This document shows positions 1-10,352 of a DNA stretch of 56,592 nucleotides, piece by piece (the stretch's first letter is position 1; each line of letters begins with the position of its first letter). The position numbers and the translations under genes are program-made. The stretch covers positions 1 through 56,592 of the forward strand of contig CANQKT010000002.1 of the NCBI GenBank assembly GCA_947624525.1, given 5' to 3'. Origin of the DNA: an uncultured Clostridia bacterium. GTDB taxonomy: Bacteria > Bacillota > Clostridia > TANB77 > CAG-508. The notes beneath the pieces were generated by a model. It was given only the letters and a program-made list of their open reading frames with translations. It did no database searches and was not told the DNA's origin.

Positions 1-66
1 TGTTCGGTGTACAGACAATGTTAGATTGAAAAATTAAGTGTAGTTTGAATACACCTACTTGTCTGG

Positions 67-96
67 AAGAAGTCAGTTAACTGACTTCTTTTTTTA
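67..96 (+). terminator. Rho-independent terminator for a + strand transcript entering from the left edge
   Basis: Perfect palindrome AAGAAGTCAGTT/AACTGACTTCTT (67-90) followed directly by a T-run on the + strand. No T-run follows it in the minus orientation. Confidence 0.55.
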
Positions 97-903
97 TGGT
101 AGATAAATTGATGTATTTAAAAAATTAGTCTTTTTTCTATATATTGAAAAATCCTGATTCTGTAAATAATTATAATAACAATGTCTAACTTCTCCTACTA
201 ATAAATCAGCTGCTTGTACAGGATAGTTATAATAAGAATTTTTATACTTTACTTTTACAGAAACAGATGAAAGGATGGGAGGAAAGCTAATTCCATAATC
301 ATAATTCAAAATTCCAAACTGTAATTCTTCTTTTATACTGCTTTCTAAATCATAATATCCATTTGATACTGTTGATTGTTCATCTAAATTAAGAATAAGT
401 TTAACAGGACTATTAGGATTTATTCTATTTTGAGAAATTAAATTTTCAACAATTCTCTTTACTTCTCTTTTTATAATATAATCTTTAAATCGACCTTTAG
501 ATGCTTTACTATCAAATATGTAATCTTTAACTTTATGATTAGATACAACAGCTACTGTAGTATCATATTTTTTTATAAAATTTAATAATCTTCTTCTATC
601 AGAAGGTTCTAACATATTTGATTTTAACTCTGGACAAATATATTTACAATTTTGATGATTATGTGTCAGACAAAATTTGTTTTGTATATTAGTGTCTTTT
701 CTGAAATCTTGGCAATATTTAGGTTTTATTAAGTTCACTAAGGATTTGTATTGTCTGGAAAAATCTTCCTGTTCTTTTAAGGATAGAAAAAATACCCCAC
801 CATAGACAAATACTAATTCTTTTGGTTCTCCTTTAACCAATCTTCCAGAATCATCCATATTTATATAAATATTTTGTATATTTTCTTCATTGTTTTCATT
901 CAT
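94..903 (-). CDS. DUF3800-family protein
   Basis: ORF 94..933. Start moved to ATG 903, which lies 7 nt behind AAGGAG. N-terminal IYINMDDSG and C-terminal PVQAADLLVGE fit the DUF3800 layout (YIDESG ... QxADlla). Confidence 0.6.
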   Translation of the reverse strand: MNENNEENIQNIYINMDDSGRLVKGEPKELVFVYGGVFFLSLKEQEDFSRQYKSLVNLIKPKYCQDFRKDTNIQNKFCLTHNHQNCKYICPELKSNMLEPSDRRRLLNFIKKYDTTVAVVSNHKVKDYIFDSKASKGRFKDYIIKREVKRIVENLISQNRINPNSPVKLILNLDEQSTVSNGYYDLESSIKEELQFGILNYDYGISFPPILSSVSVKVKYKNSYYNYPVQAADLLVGEVRHCYYNYLQNQDFSIYRKKTNFLNTSIYLP

Positions 904-1036
904 ATTTTGCTCCTTAAATATAGTAACTATCATAAATATATTATATATTGCATTATTGAGTTTTTCAATATTTTATAGAATTTTTTCTTAAGTTGGTATT
1001 GACTCCGTGTCCTAAAATGTCATCCCCACTTATCCA

Positions 1037-2164
1037 CTATGGTTTTAATATAACTTTTATACACTCATCCTCCTTAGCATCAAATATTTCATAAGCATGT
1101 CTACCATCTTCTAAAGGTAAAGTATGAGTAATTATATCTGTCGCATCAAACTCTCCTTTTTTTATCATCTCTAACACAGGTTCCACATATCTTGTTGCAG
1201 GACATTGTCCCATTTTTAAAGTTACATTTCTAGTAAACATATTACCAAGTGGGAAATTATTATATTTTGTTCCATATACCCCAACTAATGCAATATGTCC
1301 ACATTTTCTAACTGCCTGCGAAGCTATTTCAATAGCAGACTTAGAACCACCTTGTAATTTTAAAGCAGTTTCAACCTTTTCCATAATTGACATCTTACCA
1401 TCTACACCAACACAATCTATTACACAATCTGCCCCACCATGTGTAATTTCTTTAATATATGCTCCTGTCTCATCATATTCCTCAAAATTTAAAATTTCTG
1501 CTCCATAACTTTTCGCATGCTCTAGCCTATATCCAACTCTATCTACAGCAATTACTCTAGAAGCTCCTTTTAAAATACACCACTTTATAGTAAGAAGCCC
1601 TACAGGACCACAACCAAGAACAACAACAGTATCTCCTTTTTTTACATTTGCTATCTCTGTTCCCCAAAGCGAAGTTGGAATTATATCAGTTAAAAATAAA
1701 ACCTGTTCATCTTTTAATTCTTCTGGTACTACCTTAGGTCCAACATTTGCATGAGGAACTCTAATATATTCAGCCTGTCCTCCGGCATAATTTCCATAAG
1801 ATTTACTATATCCTAATAAGCCCCCTGCTTCCCCATACTCATTACTATTATCACATTGACTATATTCTTGGTGATCACAAAAAAAGCAGTGTCCACATGC
1901 CACTGGAAATGGAATAACAACTCTATCACCTTTTTTTATATTTCGTACATCTTTACCAACTTCTTCTACAATTCCCATAGTCTCGTGTCCTAATACAAAT
2001 CCATCATACATTCCTTTTACTAATCCGTGTATTAGATGCAAGTCAGAACCGCAAATAGCAGTTGATGTTACTTTAACAATAATATCATCATCTTTTTCAA
2101 TTATAGGATCTTTTACATCCCTACAAGCAACTTTTTGAATACCATCATAAACAAGAGCTTTCAT
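1037..2164 (-). CDS. Zinc-dependent alcohol/formaldehyde-type dehydrogenase (MDR family)
   Basis: ORF 1037..2176. Start ATG 2164 follows GGAGGTAATT. Motifs: ICGSDLHL, GHETMG, the structural-Zn cysteine cluster CGHCFFC, and Rossmann GCGPVGL. Confidence 0.85.
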   Translation of the reverse strand: MKALVYDGIQKVACRDVKDPIIEKDDDIIVKVTSTAICGSDLHLIHGLVKGMYDGFVLGHETMGIVEEVGKDVRNIKKGDRVVIPFPVACGHCFFCDHQEYSQCDNSNEYGEAGGLLGYSKSYGNYAGGQAEYIRVPHANVGPKVVPEELKDEQVLFLTDIIPTSLWGTEIANVKKGDTVVVLGCGPVGLLTIKWCILKGASRVIAVDRVGYRLEHAKSYGAEILNFEEYDETGAYIKEITHGGADCVIDCVGVDGKMSIMEKVETALKLQGGSKSAIEIASQAVRKCGHIALVGVYGTKYNNFPLGNMFTRNVTLKMGQCPATRYVEPVLEMIKKGEFDATDIITHTLPLEDGRHAYEIFDAKEDECIKVILKP

Positions 2165-2551
2165 AATTACCTCCAAATGTTTAATTTAAATGTATTATTT
2201 ACGTTTTTCTTCTTATTATTCATAAGGGGTTTTAAATTGGAAACTTTTATTTAATATGGCGTTTAATTGTATTATTACTTTTAAGCAATAATGACAATTA
2301 CGACCATGACGACAAAGACTAGAAAGTAGTCTTAAACTAGGTAGTCCGACAACTATCTAGTTTTTTTACAAAAAAAAGATGTGAACCGACATTCACACCT
2401 TAGTACATATTGTCATCTTCATTTGACTTTTTGCTTAAGCTATTGTTAGTATAGCATTATTTTTTATATTTGTCAAACGATTTTTAAGAATAATTGGTTT
2501 GAGGTAAAATTTTTTGTATTGAATCGATTGTTGTATAAAATTTAAAATAAT

Positions 2552-3457
2552 TTACTTTTCTTTTCTAACAAATAAACAATACTCTAAATTTTTAGGATTC
2601 TTATTTTTAGAATATCTACTTACTATTTCAAAATATCCTACATCTTGAATAAACTCAACATCATAATGTGATACTCCATACGACATAAGTTTACATTTAT
2701 CTTCATCATAAGCCAGACCATAAATATGGCTTTCGTTTAACCCTTTAATATCTATATCTTTTTTATAGTCCATTACCAAAAAATCACTTTTATATGCAAA
2801 ACTTTTTAATCGTTTAGCTGGTATTTTAATAAAAAATTTGATAATTAATATTGTTCCAATAATGAACAAAATAGCACCGCCAGTTAAAATAGCCATTATT
2901 AAAGAATCATTAACATTTCCAGTTTCAGTATCTGCTACCAGAAAAATCGCGCACAAAAAAATTATAATAAACCATAAAAGTGAACTTAGAATTCCTGCAA
3001 TTAACATTCTACCTTTTTTATATTTTTTTATGTATTTTTTATATAATTCATCTTTCTCTTCTTGAGATAATTCTTCAGGATCTTTTTTTAGCTCTAAAGC
3101 TTTTCTATGTATTATTTTTTTAGCTTTGCCATAATCAATGTTTTTTACGTTTTCAGGGATACCATTTCCTATCAAAGTATAATTTTCTCCATCAATTGGA
3201 ATTATATATCTTTGTAAACTTTTTGTGTAAAAAACTATCATTCTATCTCTATCAAATGTTCCTTTTGGAACAACTGATTGCATTATATATGGTATTCCGT
3301 TTTCATCATTAAAACCATCTTCACAATAAAGAATTTCTGTGCTTTGTGGGAAATCACTTCTTTTAATTATCGTGGCTCCTACATAAGTATAATCATCACC
3401 TAAATCTAAATTGTATTTCTCAATTACTTTTTCTATTATTTCTGTTTCTTTACTCAT
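2552..3457 (-). CDS. Hypothetical membrane protein (two central TM helices)
   Basis: ORF 2552..3499. Likely start is ATG 3457 behind GAGGAG. Hydrophobic stretches LIAGILSSLLWFIIIFLCAIFLV and AILTGGAILFIIGTILII. No recognisable family. Confidence 0.5.
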   Translation of the reverse strand: MSKETEIIEKVIEKYNLDLGDDYTYVGATIIKRSDFPQSTEILYCEDGFNDENGIPYIMQSVVPKGTFDRDRMIVFYTKSLQRYIIPIDGENYTLIGNGIPENVKNIDYGKAKKIIHRKALELKKDPEELSQEEKDELYKKYIKKYKKGRMLIAGILSSLLWFIIIFLCAIFLVADTETGNVNDSLIMAILTGGAILFIIGTILIIKFFIKIPAKRLKSFAYKSDFLVMDYKKDIDIKGLNESHIYGLAYDEDKCKLMSYGVSHYDVEFIQDVGYFEIVSRYSKNKNPKNLEYCLFVRKEK

Positions 3458-3495
3458 AAATTGGTCTCCTCTAATTATTTCAAAACACACTTTTC

Positions 3496-3897
3496 TCATA
3501 AAATAATTTTAAAACATCCAACTGTCTTAGCCGGAGCAATATAGACCTTAACAAAATCCCCAACTTTCAAATTATTTTTTTCTACATCTTCTTTAGATAA
3601 TGATGTATCACCATATTGTATTTGATCATACGTAGCATTTTGAATAACTCTATTATGCCATAAAACTTTAATTGCAAATTTATTTCCTTTATTTACCATT
3701 TCACCAATCATACCATCTTGAATCCATTCATCATTTTTTCCTTCAGCAAATTTTACATCTGTTAAAGCTAATTTGTTTTTTTGCTCTTCATTTAAATTAG
3801 CAACCATTTCGTTTAATTTTTGTTTTTCCTTTTTTACAAAGAAAACTACGATTCCTATAAATGCTGCTACAACTAACAATCCTATAACAAATTCCAT
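3496..3897 (-). CDS. Hypothetical protein with an N-terminal membrane anchor
   Basis: 133-aa ORF with N-terminal TM FVIGLLVVAAFIGIVVFFV. Its stop overlaps the next ORF, suggesting an operon with 2552..3457. Confidence 0.45.
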   Translation of the reverse strand: MEFVIGLLVVAAFIGIVVFFVKKEKQKLNEMVANLNEEQKNKLALTDVKFAEGKNDEWIQDGMIGEMVNKGNKFAIKVLWHNRVIQNATYDQIQYGDTSLSKEDVEKNNLKVGDFVKVYIAPAKTVGCFKIIL

Positions 3898-4020
3898 TAT
3901 TATTACCCTCCTAATTATTTTTATTAATTAAACATCTAATTCGTAAAAATTTTAACATATCTTATAAAAGTTTTCAATACTTAAGTTTTAAATCAGATTT
4001 TCCTATTTGATTTGTAGCGC

Positions 4021-5809
4021 CTAAATAAACCACGCACCTCCTCCATGCCCGCCTTCACCTGTTGGATTATTTAACACAACCAAAATAACCAACTGAGGAT
4101 CAGAAATAGGTGTAACACCCACAAAAGAAGCAACATACTTATTAGTATTAACCCCATCCTCTGAAGTTCCAGTCTTACCACCAATAGTATATCCCTTAAC
4201 CTGAGCATTTTTTCCAGTTCCTTCACTAACAACACTTTCCATCATACTTAATACCTTCTCAGAGGTTTCCTTCGAAATAACTTGAGCTTTCTTCACAGGT
4301 TCAATTTCTGTAGGCTCTCCGGTTTCACTATCCACTACTTTTTTCACTATCCTTGGCTTTATATATGTACCACCATTAGCAATAGTAGAAACAGCTGTAC
4401 ACATTTGTATAGGAGTAATCTCAAATCTTTGCCCAAAAGAAATCGTTCCGTAATTCTACAGGTCCAACTTTGTCTTCTGCTAAAAAAATACTACCCGCTT
4501 CTCCCGGTAAATCAACACCAGTTTTGCTTAGAAATCCAAACTTTTCTAAATATGAATAATATGTATGAACACCTAATTTTTGCCCTATAGAAATAAATAC
4601 AGGATTACATGAATTCATTAAAGCTTCTCTTAATGATTGACTTCCATGAGGTCTATAATATCTCCAACATTTTATACGTACACCAGCAATTTCTATCGAA
4701 CCACTACAATTAAACTCTCCCTTATTATCTGTATCTGTAATCCCCTCTTCCAAAGCAGCAGATGATGTTATTAATTTAAAGGTAGAACCAGGTTCATACC
4801 CATCTGAAATAGCCCTAATCCTCCACATTTGCTGTAAGGCATTTGATTTATCTTCTTGTGACATATTATCCCAATTACTCTCAAGCTCTGTATCATTAAT
4901 TGTATATGGTTCATTTAAATTATAATTAGGATAACCTGCCATAGCCAAAATATCACCATTATTAGGATTCATAATAATAACACTTCCACCATCTGTACAT
5001 TGATTATCTATACATGCCTCCTCTAAATACTTCTCTGCAATTCCTTGAATTGTAGCATCAACTGTAAGAACTAAACTATCACCATCAATTGCTGATTCAT
5101 AATCTTCACCTTCTTTTAGAATAGTATTACCTTTAGCATCTGTAATTTTTATTATTTTACCTGTTTCCCCTTTTAATTTTGAATCATATAGAGCCTCAAT
5201 TCCATTTAAACCTTGATTATCACTTCCACAAAATCCTATAATCTGAGATGCTAAATTATTATAAGGATAATATCGTTTTGTATCTTCATCTACATTAATA
5301 CCAGTTAAAATGTTATTATCTTCCATCCATTTCATTAACTCATCTGACTGTTCTTTATCCACTTTTCTTGCTATAGTTTCAATAGAACTTCTTTTTGAAA
5401 CCTTCTTCAATGTAGTCTCGTAATCAACATCAAAAATATCTGATAATGCCCTTGCAACTTTTTCCTTATCATTTTTAGCAATGTTTACCGGATTAACTGT
5501 AATAGTCCTTACTGTAGCACTAACTGCTAAAACCTTCTCACCAGTAGCATCATAAATTGTTCCCCTTTTAGGATTGATTTTTCTATCCAAAGTATGTTGA
5601 ACATAAGCCATATATTTTAATCTATCACCATCAACAAACTGAATCCATGCAATTCTTCCTATAATCAGTGACATAACAAGAAACACCACTATTATGGCAT
5701 TTCTCATTCTTTTTTTTCTTGTTAATGCACCCTTTTTCTCAATTTTATTAATATTTATTTTATCCTTTTTCTTCTTTGCCTTTTTCCTCATTTTCTGTAT
5801 TTCACTCAA
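4021..5809 (-). CDS. Class B penicillin-binding protein / peptidoglycan D,D-transpeptidase (FtsI/SpoVD-like), interrupted by one +1 frame break at CGG 4448-4450
   Basis: ORFs 4421..5809 and 4021..4404 are two halves of one PBP. Motifs: N-terminal TM, SxxK (GSTFK), SxN (NSCN), KTGT (GGKTGTSE). Skipping base 4450 gives VEL-G-TISFGQRFEITPIQMCTAVSTIANGG, the conserved transpeptidase segment. Standard pipelines would call this a frameshifted pseudogene. Confidence 0.85.
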
Positions 5810-5961
5810 ACCACAATCATCTCCTAATTCATATCAGATTATTCCTAATCAAGAACAAATAATTACACTAAATTATATGTTTTCAAAAAACTTAGTATGA
5901 CTGCCCACTACAATTCCAGTGCTCATGTAATTAGCAAGTAAAAATAAGGATAAAATTTATG

Positions 5962-5990
5962 TTGATAACCCCCACCCTATATGATATAAT
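5962..5990 (+). promoter_or_regulatory. Sigma-A type promoter upstream of the racemase gene
   Basis: TTGATA (5962-5967), 17 nt spacer, TATAAT (5985-5990), about 60 nt upstream of ATG 6051. Confidence 0.5.
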
Positions 5991-6050
5991 GTTCATGAAA
6001 AATCAAAAGAAAGGAGCCTATGATATACCCAAATATCATAGAAAAATAAG

Positions 6051-7238
6051 ATGTACAGAAAAACATATCTTGAAGTAAATTGTGAAAATTTGAAAAATAA
6101 CATTATAAATATAAAACAAAATTACCCAGACTACGAATACTACTTCGGAGTAGTAAAAGCAAATGCCTACGGTCATGGTGGCTATGTTATAAACAGCTTA
6201 ATAGAAGGAGGAATAAATTATTTAGCAGTATCATCACTAGAAGAAGCTATAAAACTACGTGAATACAATACCGAAATATCAATCTTAATACTAGAACCAA
6301 TACATTTACAATACTTAGATAAATGCATAAAGCATAACATAACTATTACAGTATCAAATGTCGAATACTTTAGAGAACTACTTACAATTAGTCTACCACA
6401 AAAATTAAAAATACATATAAAGCTAGACACCGGAATGAGTAGATTAGGAATAAAATCTTCAGATGAATTAGATAAAATAATTTCTAATTTACCTAATAAT
6501 CCTAATTTGGTATTAGAAGGAATTTATACTCATTTTGCCACAAGCGGAATCAATGACAAACATTGGGATAATCAATTAGATAAATTTAAAGAAATAACAA
6601 AAAATATTGATTTATCAACAATTCCAATAGTCCACATGGGAAGATCTTTAACTTTAGTTAACCATGCTAAAATACCATTTTGTAATGGCATACGACTTGG
6701 AATTGTTATGTATGGAATGTCACAAAATATGCCTACACCAACAGGATTTAAAGCATTTTTACGCAATATTCGAAACAACCATCGTAAGAAAAAATTACAT
6801 ATAAGTCCCACAACTACAACAAACAATTTAAATTTACAAACCGCTATAACATTATACAGTGAAGTAATTGAACTTCGTAAGATTCAAGCAAATGATTTTG
6901 TTGGATATGGTGCAGAATTTATAGCACCAAAAGAAACAATTATAGCAACAATCCCTATTGGATATGCTGACGGAATTCCTTCAAATATTAAACATGTGGT
7001 TATTAATGAAAAATTATATAAGGTTGTCGGAAGTATCTGTATGGATATGCTTTGTGTTAGTGTTGATGACAATGTTAAACTTTATGATAAAGTAACTATT
7101 CTTGGAGGAGATAAACTTCCAGTAAAAACCGTTGCTAATGAATGTGGTATTAAAACTTACAATTTATTTACAGGAATAAGAAATCGTGTACCTAGAGTTT
7201 ACAAAAATGATGATGACTATATAGAAATTGAATATTAA
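6051..7238 (+). CDS. alr: PLP-dependent alanine-racemase-family racemase
   Basis: VVKANAYGHG PLP-lysine motif, C-terminal VGYG and GSICMDM motifs, 395 aa. It carries an insertion of roughly 35 aa (PTPTGFKAFLRNIRNNHRKKKLHISPTTTT) relative to the canonical Alr I recall. Confidence 0.8.
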   Translation: MYRKTYLEVNCENLKNNIINIKQNYPDYEYYFGVVKANAYGHGGYVINSLIEGGINYLAVSSLEEAIKLREYNTEISILILEPIHLQYLDKCIKHNITITVSNVEYFRELLTISLPQKLKIHIKLDTGMSRLGIKSSDELDKIISNLPNNPNLVLEGIYTHFATSGINDKHWDNQLDKFKEITKNIDLSTIPIVHMGRSLTLVNHAKIPFCNGIRLGIVMYGMSQNMPTPTGFKAFLRNIRNNHRKKKLHISPTTTTNNLNLQTAITLYSEVIELRKIQANDFVGYGAEFIAPKETIIATIPIGYADGIPSNIKHVVINEKLYKVVGSICMDMLCVSVDDNVKLYDKVTILGGDKLPVKTVANECGIKTYNLFTGIRNRVPRVYKNDDDYIEIEY

Positions 7239-7347
7239 ATATACACAAGACTTGCAGGATGGTCAAAATCAGTATTTATGTTGAGGTACACCTAAATATT
7301 GGTTTACACGATTAACTGAAAAAATAACTATAGAAAGGACATAACCT

Positions 7348-8565
7348 ATGGATTTTGAAATTTTAATTGCAGGCACAGATGCCAATGCCTACTACATGGC
7401 AAGATGCTATCATGAAGCCTTTGGCAAAAAAGCAAATTTACTAGGCAAAACACCTATGATATACACAAAATACACTAATATTTTAAATGTTATATACAAT
7501 GACAAAATATGGACAGAACAAGGATTTTTAGATGCTATTGAAGATTTTAGGAAAAATCATCCAAATAAAAAAATTCTTCTAATTAGTTCAAATGAAACAT
7601 ATGCAGCCTTTATTAGCAAAAATAAAGCTATAATTAATGAACAATTTGTTCATAATTATCCTAGTATTGATATAATAAATAGTTTAATAATGAAAGAAAC
7701 TTTTTATAAAACCTACGAAAATTCGGTATTAGACTTTCCAAAAACCATATATTATAACTGTAGCAATCCATCACAAATACATAGCGAATTCTCGTATCCA
7801 GTTATAATAAAACCTAGCAATGTTATTGAGTATAACCATATAAGTTTTGAAGGGAAGAATAAGATTTATAAGGTTAATTCTGAAACAGAATTAAACGAAA
7901 CTGTTAAAAAAATTACACAAAATGGCTATAGAGATACCCTTATTTTGCAAGAATTTATACCAGGAGATGACAGTTATCTATTTGATAGTGTGGTTTATTG
8001 TGGCAAAGACAAAAAAGTAAAATTAATTTCTTTTGCTCAAATAGGTCTTCAAGAACATTCAAAAACAATGGTAGGAAATGCAGCTGTTTTAATTAATGGA
8101 TTTAACCAATATGGCGATAATTCTGAAATGATTCAAAAAATAAAAACATTTATGGAAGATATTGGATATCAGGGCTTTGCAGAATTTGACATGAAATATG
8201 ATTACAGAGACAAGAAATTTAAAGTATTAGAAATCAATGCAAGGCAAGGAAGATGTAGTTATTATATATCTCCTCTAGGCTACAATTTGGTAAAAGTATT
8301 AGTAGATGATTTAATTTATAACAAAGAAATGAATTTTGAGGTTATTGATAAAGAAGTACTATTATCCTTCGTTCCTAAAGGTGTTCTAAAAAAATATATT
8401 ACAAATGATGTGTTTAAGAAAAAAGCCTTGTCTTTGTGGAAAAAAGGTGCTGTTAATCCTTTAAAATACAAAAAAGATACTGACTTTAAGAGAAAACTAC
8501 TATTATTAAGACGACATATTGACTACTATAAGGAATTCAAAAACGGAGTATGGAAGGAATCATAG
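7348..8565 (+). CDS. ATP-grasp carboxylate-amine ligase, D-aspartate-ligase-like (peptidoglycan side-chain ligase family)
   Basis: 405-aa ORF. The N-terminus ILIAGTDANAYYMARCYHEAFG resembles the D-aspartate ligase (Aslfm) family N-terminus from memory. ATP-grasp core features: VIIKPS, LILQEFIPG, EFDMKYD...KVLEINAR. Confidence 0.6.
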   Translation: MDFEILIAGTDANAYYMARCYHEAFGKKANLLGKTPMIYTKYTNILNVIYNDKIWTEQGFLDAIEDFRKNHPNKKILLISSNETYAAFISKNKAIINEQFVHNYPSIDIINSLIMKETFYKTYENSVLDFPKTIYYNCSNPSQIHSEFSYPVIIKPSNVIEYNHISFEGKNKIYKVNSETELNETVKKITQNGYRDTLILQEFIPGDDSYLFDSVVYCGKDKKVKLISFAQIGLQEHSKTMVGNAAVLINGFNQYGDNSEMIQKIKTFMEDIGYQGFAEFDMKYDYRDKKFKVLEINARQGRCSYYISPLGYNLVKVLVDDLIYNKEMNFEVIDKEVLLSFVPKGVLKKYITNDVFKKKALSLWKKGAVNPLKYKKDTDFKRKLLLLRRHIDYYKEFKNGVWKES

Positions 8566-8603
8566 ATGGTTACTTATAATATGAGCCCTCTTCATTATCC
8601 AAT

Positions 8604-8640
8604 AAATATGGATGAAGAATAAAATTCTTCATCCATATTT
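8604..8640. terminator. Bidirectional rho-independent terminator between convergent genes
   Basis: 17-bp perfect stem AAATATGGATGAAGAAT / ATTCTTCATCCATATTT with a 3-nt loop. Flanked by A-rich sequence on the left and T-rich sequence on the right. Confidence 0.75.
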
Positions 8641-8703
8641 TTATTAAACTTCAATTAATTTACACTCTGTATTTGAAACAAAAAAACTATACCTTGTTGT
8701 CTA

Positions 8704-9399
8704 TTACTTAGTAAACCATTTTATAATCTTATCAAGAAAACCTGTATCCTCTTCCATCACAATTTGCTCTGTAGCAGGTGCAACATAATCTTCTTTAGGT
8801 AAACTAACATAAACTTTTTGTTCATTACTCAATTTTTGCATTCCAAGTTTTTCTTTTGCTACTTGTTCTATATTATTTAAATTTAAACTATTCTCAATAT
8901 TAACCTCAATTTGTTGGTTTGTTTTGCTTAAAGACTCAAACTCTTTTTTATATTGCTCTTTTCTGTTAAAACTTTCATTTATCAAGGAATTTTGATAACT
9001 AATGGCAAATAAAATCGAAAATCCTGTAATTAAAAACATTAGAATTTTCAATTTAGCTTTTACATTCGCTTTTGTAACTTTAACATTTTTTACATTATTA
9101 GTAGTTTCAAATTCGTTTTTTTCATTTTTGTTACTATAAGCATTATATTTTCTATTACTATTACTTGAAACCTGCCTTCTTCTATATTCTGGAACATTTC
9201 TCTCTTGTATCTCACTTTGTACTCTATTTGTCCTTTTATTTATATCTTTTCTCTTTGCTATATTTTTATTATGTCTCTTATTGGCTCTGGTTATAACAGG
9301 TTCTTCTTTTCTTGGATACCTATTTCTATATGGTGCATATTCCGAATTAAGTTTTCTCGGACTAGTACCATACTGATACCCATAAAACCTATCTGCCAT
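8704..9399 (-). CDS. FtsL-like cell-division protein (basic N-terminus, one TM, coiled coil)
   Basis: Lies immediately downstream of rsmH, the usual ftsL position. Single TM ILMFLITGFSILFAI followed by a coiled-coil segment. RBS GAGGTG precedes the ATG. Confidence 0.6.
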   Translation of the reverse strand: MADRFYGYQYGTSPRKLNSEYAPYRNRYPRKEEPVITRANKRHNKNIAKRKDINKRTNRVQSEIQERNVPEYRRRQVSSNSNRKYNAYSNKNEKNEFETTNNVKNVKVTKANVKAKLKILMFLITGFSILFAISYQNSLINESFNRKEQYKKEFESLSKTNQQIEVNIENSLNLNNIEQVAKEKLGMQKLSNEQKVYVSLPKEDYVAPATEQIVMEEDTGFLDKIIKWFTK

Positions 9400-9412
9400 T
9401 AATTAATTCACC

Positions 9413-10352
9413 TCACTCTTTTTCGAAAATTCTAAGCTTAGCACTTTGAGCTCTAGAGTTTAATTTTAACTCTTCTTCATTTGCAACAATTGGTTTTTTA
9501 TTAATAATTTTTCCCAATGATTTATAATTGCATATGCAATATGGTAAATCTGGTGGGCATGTACATTTGCCGAACTGCATCTATATATGCCTGTTTGACA
9601 ACTCTATCTTCTAAAGAATGAAAAGTTATTATACATAATCTTCCACCCTTTTTTAAACAATCTATTGAAACTTTTACAGTATCATATAAAGGTTTAAGTT
9701 CATTATTAACCTCTATTCTAATAGCCTGAAAAGTACGTTTTGCTGGATGACCATCTTTTTGTTTAGCTTTAGGTATTGAATTTTCAATAATTCTAACCAA
9801 TTCTCCAGTTGTCTCTATCAATTTTTTTTCTCTATATTTACAAATATTTTTAGCAATATTTTTTGAAAAATGTTCTTCCCCATACTCATAAATTATATTA
9901 GCTAATTCATCCTCTGTGTAAGAATTTACAACTACCTTAGCAGTTAATTCTTGAGTTTTATCCATTCTCATATCCAATTCATTCTCACCAATATAGCTAA
10001 AGCCTCTCGATTTTTCATCTAATTGAAAGGATGAAACACCTAAATCCAGTAAGATTCCATCAACTTGATCTATTCCTAAATTACTTAATATGTCTTTTAT
10101 ATCATCATGATTTCCATGTATATATTTTACATTTTTATACTGCTTTAAATTACTTTTAGCTGCTTCAAGAGCATCTAAATCTCTATCTATACCTATTAAT
10201 AGACCATTATCAGATAATTTGCTTGCTATAACTCTACTATGACCAGCACCACCTAATGTACCATCAACATATATCCCATCTGGCTTTATATTAAGTCCCT
10301 CAATACATTCCTTCAATAGCACTGGTTTATGATTAAATTCTAACACAAACAT
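9413..10352 (-). CDS. rsmH: 16S rRNA (cytosine1402-N4)-methyltransferase RsmH, interrupted by one +1 frame break at CGG 9570-9572
   Basis: ORF 9522..10352 has [24 protein letters not shown] and FHSLEDR. Its 0-frame tail is unrelated to RsmH. Skipping base 9572 restores [17 protein letters not shown]...[27 protein letters not shown], the canonical RsmH C-terminus, ending at TGA 9413-9415. Confidence 0.9.
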
